Assembly (NCBI GenBank): GCA_000091205.1
Contig: AP006501.2
Source: Cyanidioschyzon merolae
Taxonomy: Eukaryota
Strand: one strand, 5' to 3'
Length of the DNA stretch: 64,000 nt
The translations under genes were made by a program, and so were the position numbers. Position 1 is the first letter of the stretch, and each line of letters opens with the position of its first letter. Of the stretch, positions 44,801 to 55,414 are shown one piece after another. The notes under the pieces are model-generated. The model had not been told where the DNA came from. It saw only the letters and a list, made by a program, of their open reading frames with translations, and searched no databases.

Positions 44801-47455
44801 GACGCCAAGGAGGATACGGATCCATGGGGTTACACGGCTCGGTAGCTCGGGGAGGTGGCGCACGAGGGCCCCCACAGCTGCCGCTGCAACCAACAGGCGA
44901 CCGGTATTCTCTGTTTTGCAGCAACGAAGGATCGCGGATCGGACATTCAGACGCATGGCTGTGAGCCGCGCTGCCGCTTCTGGGTCCGTAACCTGCTCCC
45001 AAAGATCATCCCTAGTGCATGCCCCGAAAAGCGCTCCAAGATCTGCTGTTCGCGGTGTCTGTTCCGGAGCTAGCGCTGGTACCTGCGCCGGCTGCACCTG
45101 TCGCAGAGAACGAATTGTCTGCCAGAAGAGTGGATCCAGTTCAGCGTGCGCTTCCTCGTGCAGCGTATCCGTTGAGCGCTCCAAGAGTGCGAGCTGCGCC
45201 TCCACGGCAGTCAACAACCACGCCGGACATGTTTCCAGTGCGCGTCCAGTCAAGGCGAGGAAACGGCGCTGCGTCAATGAGGACGCTGCGGCGAGCGTTG
45301 CTAGCCAGCTTGCCAAGCCATGCCGCTCGCCTTCGAGACAGTGCGGGTGCATCCGGATGTAGCACGCGAGCGCTTCTGCGCTTTGAAGCTGCATTTCATA
45401 GCCAGCATCGTGACCAGAGGATACGGGTGCCACAGCTGTGCCCGGTAATGACCAATGCATTCGCTGGAAGAGTCGCTCGAGCAGCTTCTGCGCTTCGACC
45501 GGGGATCGAGCTTCTGCTGCTGCGCGCAGCAGGAGCACTTCAAGCGGGTGCCGGGAGCAGCCCAGCAATGCTTCTACCGGCTTTGTGCCGTCGACATTGT
45601 CAAGAAGAGACTTCTGGGGTACAGCTGCAGGTGTACCCGGCGCTGGCTGGATAATCACACCGGCATGCTGCGAAGCATCTGGGACTTGCTCCTGTGGAGT
45701 TTCCCGGTCATTCTCCACAAATGTGCACCGGGTATCGCAGAGCAGATACCAAAATTCGCGCAGCTTTCCACCGATCCCCGCATCAGTACCCGTTTCGAGC
45801 AGCCACGCTGCCCATATCGCTGAATAGAGTCCAGCCTCGTCGAGAGTGCGGCGAACTGGCGAAGCCTCGGGCAAGGCGCGCAAACCCTGCATCAGACAAC
45901 TGAGAGCAGCGCGACGTGTTTCTCCGTTGCGATGACGCAGGAGACGAAACACCCGAGCTGGACCCTCGCCCAGGATCGAGCAAGACGAAGGTCTGGCCCG
46001 CAGGAGCGCTTCGATGCAACGAACTAGAGCAGTCACACATGCACTGAGCTCATCAAAGGATCCGAGATTGTCCCAGCAAGCGCCCAAAATCTCTGTAAGA
46101 TGATTCGTGCTGCGCTCGATATCCAGTCGATGGATCTCTTCGGCAATCAATATGATAACCTCACATGCTGCTGCTATCACGTCATCGTCATCGGATTTCA
46201 GCACATCGAGGAGCACCGGCAACGTCTCTGGCAGCCGTTTCGCTCGCAGATCCGCCCGCACTGCAAGTAGATAGCGCATGCCGAGCAAACCGCCGTGCCG
46301 TGCCTGCCACTCCTCCTTATATCGGATCAATTCGAGCAAATGAGACTCTAACTGGGCAGCGGTTTCAGCGTCGAGGCCGACAGCCACCGAGCCGAGCGCC
46401 ATGGAGACAGTTTCTGGCACCGGTGCTACCACTTGATCGGAAGCGTAGTCGCGGAAGCGATCCATAGCCAGGAGCACGTACATGCGAGAAGCAATGTCCT
46501 CACGTTCTTCCATCGGTAGCCATTCACGAAAAGCTCTTACCGAGAGCATGTCTCGGGTTGCGACAGCTGCCCCGTGGCGCGTCTCCCAGTCGGGCGAGAG
46601 TAGCGAATCCGCCAGGATGCATACCAGTCGGTGAAGCGCTGCATCCAGCGTTACAGTGCCGAGGTCGTTTTCCGTTTCGAGCTCAATAGAACCCGCTTGG
46701 ACTGAAGTCTTTCTCGATGGGCGGTCAACGTCCTTGTCGCCGTTGTCGTCATCGCCGTCGTTCATATGTTCATGCGAGTCGGTGTGGACGGAGTCCAGAA
46801 CGTCCGCTTTGAGCGACGTTGGAGCTCGTGGTCGCTTGCATACGTTCGACTGCAGAGGTGCCGTCTTCCGCCGCTGAGGCACCCTCAATGCGTTTTTCGG
46901 AGTCGCTTGCTCTGTATTCTGCTTCCGTTCCGCAATATCTGCGAGACTGACGCCAATGTCCAGATCGATTGCGGTGGCAGCCACGCCCCCGAGGAGCTCT
47001 CGACGCAGCTCTACCCACTGCTCACGAACGTCGCCTGCCGCGACCATGTACTCGACTCCGCTTGATGAGGAAAACACTGAGCCCGTATCCATGAGGAATT
47101 TCGGGTCGAGTTGCCGCAGTGTGAGCAAGTTGTTTAACGCTTCGTCGTTGTCGAGGTTTGCCGGCGCCTGCAAACAGGTCTGCAGCCGTTGGACGACGAG
47201 TTTCAACGCCGATCCAGCACATATTCGAGCATCCCATACTTTCGAGTGCAAAACAACCCGCAACAGCTGGTTCAGAACGTGTACGGAGCCAGGATCTATG
47301 ATGAAAGCTGCATCCGAGGGTTGAGCGTCAACGAGTTCGGCGAGTTGCTGGGCCGCCAGTCGTCGGACGCTCGTACTGGTATCCTTTGCCTCCAGCAGAG
47401 CCAGTAGTCCATCAAGCCGACTCTGTTGTTTCTGGAGAAGCATCACACGGAACAA
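41801..47455 (-). CDS. MOT1: Mot1/BTAF1 TBP-associated SNF2-family ATPase
   Basis: 1884 aa. HEAT-like N-terminal ~1200 aa. SNF2_N '[36 protein letters not shown]', DEGH '[11 protein letters not shown]'. Helicase-C '[63 protein letters not shown]'. Confidence 0.9.
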   Translation of the reverse strand: [1884 protein letters not shown]

Positions 47456-48890
47456 GCCTCAGGCTTGGCTTGCGGCAGTGTTCGGTAGCTTGGAATACGC
47501 GTCGTATCCGGTGGTACTGCGTCTCGCACACCGGCGCGCAGGTGTAACGTGCAGTAAACAGGAGTTGTACTGTGCGTCGACTGGTGCGGAGGCTGGGGGC
47601 GTCTCTCGGGGAAACCTGCTGAGGCCAGCAAAACTCTGCAGACGTACCCACGCCTGAATAGAATGGAAAGCCTTCTCTGACACTGGAGTACTCGTTATGG
47701 TATTGGTCTCTTCGCACTATCATCGACAAAAGGCTTTGCTAGCTTTCCGTGCGACGGCTTACTTTCCTTTTGTCTTACACGGGGCTTTCACGACGTCAGT
47801 CTCTTCTGTACCTCAGGATCCGTTCTCAATAGTCGAAGGATGCTAGCGGTAGGACTCACGTCCCGATGTCTCTGCTTGCGGCTGTTGTCGACGCATTTCC
47901 TGCCAGGGCCGATGTTGCGACCTACGCTCTGTTATCTATTTTTAGCTTCGCTGCAGAAAGACTCGATGCGCCCCTGGCGGCGTTTACACTTCGCTGCGGG
48001 AACATGTACCCGAGTTGTCCAAGCGTGCGCGCCTCATCCCGCTCTGAGCAGCACGCTTCGGCCCATGAAGGCTTGCTCCATCGCACGGTACGGTATGCTC
48101 CAGACGCGTACAAAGAATCCGTACCTCAGTTCACCCACCTGTTTCCGCGCCCAGTGCCGTCACGGTCGATCGTTGACTTCGTCTAGGCGAACGCCTCGGC
48201 GAGTACCCTGTCCGCTGTACTCGCAAGTGCATGCTGTCGCATTCGATAAAGGATTTGACGAGCGCTGTGTTGTCCATGATGAAACAGGAACCGGAAGCAG
48301 AATCCATGCTGGAGTAGAGATCCAGTGCGTACGATCCGTCCACGCTCCATTTGTGCTGATCGGTGGCATACGCTCTATATGAAGCGATGGCTGCAATGGC
48401 CAAAGTCCAAATCCATGAAGTTTTTCCATGGAAACAGAAGAGGCGGGAGTCTCAGGGAGCATGCTCCCCGCGTGAAACACACCATGCTGCTGTCGAATCA
48501 GGATTCATCGATGGCCTCAAGTAGAGAATCATTGATCTTTCGAAGGCAATCGCTCATTTGAAATGACAAGTTCAGGACACATTCGACAAGAGCTCGTGAC
48601 CCTCGCATCGTGATTTCATCGAAGCGCTTTGCCCTGAAAAGAGAAGATCGAAGATTTGAAACATACATGATTTGTACAGCCTACTCGTCAGGAACGTGGA
48701 AGCGTCCAGGCCTCTACGTATGACTCGGATCACGGGGTCGGTTGCCTACGAGAGCGTGTCCGAAGGCGTCGCGAATTGTCTTGATTCCGTTGACGTAACG
48801 AATTCCATCTGCAAAACGTCCAAGAAGGCACCCTTAAAAAATAAAGACTAGCAGCTGTCATGCGACCTATGCATCCGACAGCGCTCATAG

Positions 48891-49535
48891 CTATGCTTTG
48901 AATATCGCTGTTCTGAATATAAAAAACATGACATAAGATCGCAAGGTCCGAGCGACGCACGCAATTCTGTGCGTTAAGTTTATCTTGTAACAGGTGTTTT
49001 CGCGAGTCTGACCCCTCAATATCCATCGACGCGTTTGAGTGCACGACGACGACAGCGTGGATGTGTATACACCGACGTATAGACGCTTCTCAGTCTTTCT
49101 CGACTGGCCACCTACTACTGGGTTCAAGTTCTCCTTGTGCAATTTAGCCCTGTGAGGCTGCTTCTTAAAGTTGGTTCGCGTCAACCCCGGAGACCTGCTC
49201 TCCAGCATCGCACATCTCCTGATATCAAGAGCGGCGTTAAAGTCACGATACAAGAACTCTATGCGATTCTTGCCTCTGATGGAACGCACCAGTGCAGGTA
49301 GGCCTCGAACTCGTGCCCCGTTCATTGCCATTTGCTCTTGCGTCAGCGCTCCGTACTTTTCTGTATCCCCAGGGCTCCGCTGACACGTTTTCGTCTCGAC
49401 CCTCTGAAGTGTGCACCTCTGCTCATGGTGTCTATAGGACATTCGGAACTCATCTGTCGGTATTGTGACGAAACGCTTTGCGCATTCTTTATACGTTCTC
49501 GATGTTGGAGCGGGTGTACACCCGTTTTGGGTCAT
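48891..49535 (-). CDS. Family-B protein (214 aa), intact copy with ATG; function unknown
   Basis: Homolog of 12624..13031 under apparent purifying selection. 'MTQNGCTPAPTSRTYKECAKRFVTIPTDEFRMSYRHHEQRCTLQRVETKTCQRSPGDTEKYG...IEFLYRDFNAALDIRRCAMLES...'. Lies immediately downstream of the degenerate family-A copy on the same strand. Confidence 0.5.
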   Translation of the reverse strand: MTQNGCTPAPTSRTYKECAKRFVTIPTDEFRMSYRHHEQRCTLQRVETKTCQRSPGDTEKYGALTQEQMAMNGARVRGLPALVRSIRGKNRIEFLYRDFNAALDIRRCAMLESRSPGLTRTNFKKQPHRAKLHKENLNPVVGGQSRKTEKRLYVGVYTSTLSSSCTQTRRWILRGQTRENTCYKINLTHRIACVARTLRSYVMFFIFRTAIFKA

Positions 49536-49539
49536 CTAG

Positions 49540-51333
49540 CGCCCTGCTCCGAATGCGACTGCGGACCTTTAACTCCTGTCCTCCTTCAAGGCGCTCAACG
49601 CATTGAAAAAGTCGGCAAATGCTCGCTGCTTCCCGCAGTGTGGATTCGTACGCGGACGAGCCCACCGGAGCTTGGTATACTCTCTTCACAGCGCCTCCCA
49701 ATGCGCTACGCGAACTTTCGTGAATTCCCGAAAACCTCGACTGTTCGCTCCGCGGCTCGTCGCCTCGCTCATAGCTACCAGGTGCTCTTTCATATCTGCA
49801 TTCCACGAATCGATTTGCTTCCTTGCATTCATGATTCCCCGATTCTCGATAGTATCTTGCTCTCGAGAACCTCTAAAAGTCGCATGTCTTTCTGACCTTA
49901 GTTACCGTCAGTACCATCTGCCGCACGCCTGGGTACTCCGATGGTTACGATATTCGTGTTGCCGGGGTCCGCGCCAACACCCATGTCGTTCTGCGTCGCA
50001 GGACCCGCCTCATTCTGTTCTTTATGTGCATTGCCGAGAGCGATATCGAGGACTGACCAGGACGATCCGCCTCCTTGAAGCGCCTAGAGTGTACATTTAT
50101 TGTTACCCCATCGGTTTCGATCATCCCCATGAATACAGTTTTCTTGCTCTTTTTGAGACGTTTGAAATCGAAGATGCTCTTCCAGTACGTCTCCCGGTTC
50201 TCGCCGTTGAACGCCTCCCTGCTTACATCGAGCTCCGGACTGATCTCCTTCATGATGCCGTGAAGGACTCTGGAGTTGATTGAGACAATGCGCGACTTGA
50301 TCTCGCATATCGGAACGAAGTTGAAGCGCTTCTCCAGAATCGCAGCCTGCCGTCTCTCGGACTCTTGAATTCTTCGCCTATCCAGCTCTTTTTCGGCCTT
50401 GCGCTCGATCTCTCGATTCAGAAACACAAGCTATCACAGGACTAGGGTAGTACATCTTTTACCATCTGTTTTCCATATCTGATACCGTTTCTGGTGGAAT
50501 CGCCAGCCCTAGAACCGCATGCTGCGTTTGAACAGCTCCACGGATCACGGAAGATTCATTCTCTCTCCTGCGTAATTTCTACTTGTCTACAAATTCGATC
50601 TCCTGCTCAAGCTGACTATCGTTCGTGATGCCATTGATGAAGTTCCATATCCCTTTGCGAGACAGGCACGAGTAAAGTGCAAAGATGGAGCGTATCGTGA
50701 AATGTTCGGGGATCATGATCACGTGGTTCCTCAGGTTCATTAGGTACTTCAACGCTTCGTAGGTGTAAACATTCGAGTTCCGCCCCCCAGATCGAGTGCC
50801 TTCGAAGCGGTACTTGGGGCATTTTTCGTGGAGGGCATCCACCAGCTCATTTCTCCTCGACGCTTGCCCTGTCCCAAGCATCACGTACCTTATAAAGGTC
50901 TTTTCAAAAAATTCTTCCGGAACCTCGACTGTTCTGATGTCTGCGACATCGCGATACATCTCCCGCACCATACGCATCAGTCCTAAAGAAGGCTTCCAAA
51001 TACTCATCCAGTAAGACGCGACACGGTTTCTGATGGATTTTCGCAACTTTTGCCTATAAGGATGCTGGGTACGGCGTAGGAGAAAGGCTATCATTACCAT
51101 CTCGTCGAACTGTCGTCTTTCGAGCAGCTTCTGACGTTGGGCCTCCCCCTTTTGCTTCTTCGTCTTTTCCCGTTGCTATGGTGTCGGAAATGTTTTTCGT
51201 TTCTTGCTCTGGCAGCCGGCGACACCGGCCATCCGGGGTCCTTCGGCTCCGTTGCCGTTAATTTCCTTTTTCTATTCTTGAAAGCGATCCCATTTCGACT
51301 GCGTCGGCTAAAATCGCGAAAAATCACTTGCAC
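49540..51333 (-). pseudogene. Family-A ORF, degenerate copy (several frameshifts and stops)
   Basis: Fragments 51333..51094, 51100..50579 and 50427..49945 are ~55% aa identical to the plus-strand ORF 62154->64000: 'HPYRQKLRKSIRNRVASYW...EMYRDVADIRTVEVPEEFFEKTFIRYVMLGTG' vs '[19 protein letters not shown]...[32 protein letters not shown]'; '[67 protein letters not shown]' vs '...[19 protein letters not shown]'. Homology continues to ~49700, matching 63901-64000. Confidence 0.7.
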
Positions 51334-52024
51334 AAACTCGCTTGAGGGTTGAAATACGATTCAGCCGAAAGACTATACTTTGCTGGGGGCTCAACGCAAA
51401 TACATGTTGTACGTTAGAGCAACCCGCTCAGATGAAGCATCGCGTTTCCCATCAACGGCGTGATACGCGTCGTCTCTCACGCATGCAAGATAGGGAAAAG
51501 CGCGTATTGAGCGTGCTGTCTAGAACAAGGAACAGAAACGAACCACCAACTAGCAACGATGTACAAATTTCTTTCCCTCTTTACGATAAACGATAAAAGG
51601 GGGAAAGGTTTCCGCATTTTCGAAAGTTTCCTCTCTCGACGGAAGGTCCCGCGAGCCGAACGAGTCTGTCGAGCTTGCGCTCTGTGGGCACCCACCGTTG
51701 TCAGGTGCTGGGGCGAGACACGACCGCCTCCTCTGCCATAGAGTTCATTCTGGGAACAGCGGCGGTCATGCTGCAACTGGGCATCGCCCTGGTCGCAGTG
51801 GTCGCCTAGAATGTCGCTTCGCGCTGCCGCAGGCAGTAGGTCTATCAGCACAGTTTGCAGGCTCTCAGAACGATTATGAATACCGACTCCGTATCAGGTG
51901 CACCGTACATCGGTCCGATGCCCTATGCGATATAGCAGAGCTGTTCTCTATACCGTGCTGCATCGGATTCAGCGGTTTAGGCGCTACTGCGGGCGCTCAG
52001 GGCAGGCACTTGGTGCACGATAGA

Positions 52025-52170
52025 TCCTATGAAATAACCAGTATATCCCAGAGGAAGAACAAGTAATGGAACTTGGAGGTAGGGTACAGTTTAATGGACG
52101 CGTTCCCGAACCCCATTATCCATCCCCACACTCTGGTACCCAGGTTCAATGGAAACATGGGGTCATCGGA
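52025..52170 (+). repeat. Dispersed element X, copy B
   Basis: See copy A. Carries a 1-nt indel relative to A and C and a compensatory t-a->g-c pair in the hairpin; 3' tail degenerate. Confidence 0.6.
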
Positions 52171-52401
52171 AAGACCAGATCGTATGGAGTCCATCGGTGC
52201 AGGGTGGTGGTGGCGACGCTGCTGCCGCTGCCGTTCTTTGTGCGATCTGTGGATAGCATGCAACGAAAAACGCCGCCGCCCTCAGGCAGCACGGCATCTG
52301 AAAGCAGCACCAGGAACGGTTCAAAGCCTATAGTCTTATTGTTCACGTGGAAGGCGTAATCTTGAACTGTAACGCTGTTGCCAAACTGAAACACAGAGAC
52401 A

Positions 52402-54453
52402 ATGAACAGTTCACACGGAGACGCTATCGTTGACGAGGAAGCAGGCATGACTGCCGAGCACCTCAGTGAACACGTGAACGGGGACACGTACGTACCCTTT
52501 GACCCGCTCAAGTCCCATGTAGACGATGAGTTCTCCGAGTTTAGCATGGATGCAGGGCACGGCTCTTTCTTTGAAGGCCAACCATCCGAATCTAAAACCG
52601 CGGAGGACTCGCTTGTTCAGCAGCAAACCGTGTCCATGAACTGGCACGACTTGTGCTTGTCGGTCCGACTCAAAACAGGTGGCCCATTTAAACGCTCGAA
52701 GGAAACCGTGGTGAAGCCCATTCTCAAAGGCATAACTGGTTACGTGCGACCGGGTCAAATGCTCGCCATTATGGGGGGCAGTGGTGCGGGTAAGTCCACG
52801 CTTTTAGCCATGCTCGGGGGTCGTGTTCCTGTGGGTGAGTACGAAATCAGCGGTGAGCTACGTGTCAACGGGCACGAACGCGACGTCAACATGTTTCGCC
52901 GCTACACAGGATTTGTCGAGCAGGACGACCGCATGTTTGCTGACCTCACCGTACGTGAACAGATCGAGTTTAGTGCGCAGTGTCGTTTGCCAGCCTCGAT
53001 GCCCACCGAGAAGAAGATGCGGCGCGTGGAGCAGGTGATCACTGAGCTGGGCCTTGCCAAGGCCGCCGACACCCCCATCGGGAACGCTGTACAGCGAGGT
53101 GTCAGTGGCGGTGAACGCAAGCGCGTGAACATCGGTATAGAATTGGTGACGAACCCGCCACTACTGCTGCTGGATGAGCCGACCACCGGCCTGGACTCGT
53201 TCCAGGCACAGGCGGTGATGCTCACGATGTTGCGGCTAGCGAAACGCGGGCGTACGATCATTGCAACCATTCATCAACCACGTTCGCAGATCTTCCAGAT
53301 GTTTGATTACCTGTTGCTGCTAAGCGAGGGTCATCAAATCTACTTTGGTCCGGCGAAAGATATGGTGCCGTATTTCGCGGCGCTCAAGTATCCATGTCCG
53401 GCCTACTTTAACCCAGCGGACTTTGCACTGGATTTGATCTCTCTGAATGCGCGCTCCAAGACACTGGAGAAGCAGACACGGGCACGAATCAGTTACCTAG
53501 CCAATCGCTTCCTCGAACACAAGTCGGAGGCCTCGCTGCCGTTGGATGATCCGTTGGGCGCCACCGGTGACCTGCATACCAAAGTAACGCGTAAGGGCGT
53601 GTCGCTCTTCTCGTCCGAAGGCGAACCGAACTACGCTGAACCGTGGCCGGTACAGTTTGGGCTCCTGGTGAAGCGCTCCTTCAAACTCATGGTGCGCGAA
53701 AAGGGCACGAACTTTGCGCGCTTCTTTCAGACGATCATCTTTTCAGTCGTTTTGGGTTTGATCTGGTTGAACACTGGACGCAATTCCTCTGACTTTAACG
53801 CTGTACCCGGTGTTCTTTTCTTCCTGCTTATCAATCAATCTTTCGGGGCGTCGTTCGGCGTTGTTTTCTTGTTCCCGCTTGAGCGGGGTATTGTCTTGCG
53901 AGAGCGCACATCGCGTTTCTATCGCGTAAGTGCTTACTTCCTCGCCAAGAGCGTCGCCGAGCTTCCCCGATTGGTGGTGCTCGCTGTTCTTTTCTCTTGC
54001 ATCACGTACTGGATGGTAGGCTTGCAACCGCACCCGTCCTCTTTCTTCATCTTCGTTGCACTTGTGCTGTTGACGACCCACACCGCGGAATCACTGACCC
54101 TTATGGCTAGCGCCTCAGCGAGTAGCCCGCAAACAGCAGCGGCAATCGCTCCGGTACTGATCGTGCTGTCGCTGCTTTTCGGCGGCTTCTTTATCGGCCC
54201 TAACGTGATTCCCGTGTGGTTGCGATGGCTTCGTTTTGTGTCGTTTATCTACTATGGATTCGCGGCTGTCATGGACAATGAATTCGGGTACATTCCGCGT
54301 TCGAATACCAATAATCCACTGGTCACGTACAACATCAATTCATTTGGTATCGGCGGAAACATCGGTTTTCTAATCATGCTTGATGTAGCGTATCGCGCAA
54401 TCGCCTTTGTGTTCCTGCTCTATAACAAGCCGCGATTCCAGAAAAGCATCTGA
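52402..54453 (+). CDS. ABC transporter, ABCG (white/brown-type) half-transporter: NBD followed by TMD
   Basis: Walker A 'GGSGAGKSTLL', signature 'VSGGERKRV', Walker B 'LLLLDEPTTGLDS'. ~6 C-terminal hydrophobic helices. 683 aa. Confidence 0.9.
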   Translation: MNSSHGDAIVDEEAGMTAEHLSEHVNGDTYVPFDPLKSHVDDEFSEFSMDAGHGSFFEGQPSESKTAEDSLVQQQTVSMNWHDLCLSVRLKTGGPFKRSKETVVKPILKGITGYVRPGQMLAIMGGSGAGKSTLLAMLGGRVPVGEYEISGELRVNGHERDVNMFRRYTGFVEQDDRMFADLTVREQIEFSAQCRLPASMPTEKKMRRVEQVITELGLAKAADTPIGNAVQRGVSGGERKRVNIGIELVTNPPLLLLDEPTTGLDSFQAQAVMLTMLRLAKRGRTIIATIHQPRSQIFQMFDYLLLLSEGHQIYFGPAKDMVPYFAALKYPCPAYFNPADFALDLISLNARSKTLEKQTRARISYLANRFLEHKSEASLPLDDPLGATGDLHTKVTRKGVSLFSSEGEPNYAEPWPVQFGLLVKRSFKLMVREKGTNFARFFQTIIFSVVLGLIWLNTGRNSSDFNAVPGVLFFLLINQSFGASFGVVFLFPLERGIVLRERTSRFYRVSAYFLAKSVAELPRLVVLAVLFSCITYWMVGLQPHPSSFFIFVALVLLTTHTAESLTLMASASASSPQTAAAIAPVLIVLSLLFGGFFIGPNVIPVWLRWLRFVSFIYYGFAAVMDNEFGYIPRSNTNNPLVTYNINSFGIGGNIGFLIMLDVAYRAIAFVFLLYNKPRFQKSI

Positions 54454-55414
54454 ACGGAGGCGTTGCAGAAGTGCGACTGAGTCGATGCTCCGAACGGCAA
54501 TCAGTGCCAGGCGACATCATTTCTGGGCTCGGGGAGCTAGCGCCTATGGAATCAATGGCTTCGGTATAGTCTGGTGTGCATAGAATGGTATCGCGACACC
54601 AGTGATGCAAGCTGCTCGCATAGACTCGAACGCTGCGTTTCTAGCTTGCGTCGTTCCCCGGAATGCATTCGTCGTCTGGCATTGCCAACGACGAACGCGT
54701 TTTATCGAGTCCTCTCTTGAATCCGAATCCGTGGCATGCACGCGGGTCTAGACCTAGTGTTCGGGGTCAGGCATACGAACGGCGGTATCAAGGCTTCAAG
54801 AAGCTGATGCGGGCTGGATTCACACCTGCACGCGTCGCTTCCGCGGGGGCATCATCAGGGCTGTGAAGAAACAAACAGCCTCTCGGAATGCATCAATTGT
54901 ACGCTGCCTCGAGCTGCTGCTTCGTCCTGTCTCTGTCGAGACTAGTGCGGGATCCGCATCGAGCAGCCGATACTTGTATACGTCATAGCTTGTACGGACC
55001 GTTTTGCAGCTCATCGTCAGGGGAATCGAGCCCGTATGGATTGTTGTTTGTGGTATTAGTGTGCTGGACTGCCTCCACGCAGCTGGGTACCGAGCGGGCA
55101 TCAGTTGATGCGCTCCGAGGCGAGCGATATATACGGTGCAGGCCGGGCACGGTGGAGAAGCGTTATCGATGCGGCGTTTCCCTTGAGCCCTGTTTCCATG
55201 TGTGTGTGAGTGATTTTGGACGTGTATGTTTTCTAAAAGCAAGTCTCATCAATCGCGCACTGTCGTGCGCATCTCCGTAAGCACATTCTGTTTCTCGCAC
55301 GACGTTGTTCGCGTCGGTTACCACCAAGGCATGAACGACACTTCAAAACGAGCATCTCTAACGCGACACTTCTAAATCACACAAACGAAATTCAAAGCGC
55401 GAGCAGTACAACTC

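Noticed and set aside
51334-52170. X copy B as a terminal inverted repeat of the degenerate family-A element
   Set aside because: Orientation is wrong for a TIR. The copy reads forward on the top strand at the high-coordinate end, and no reverse-complement copy of X lies between 51334 and 51760. No TIR could be established.
52902-53270. 122-aa minus-strand ORF inside the ABCG gene
   Set aside because: Antisense to a gene with clear Walker/signature motifs.
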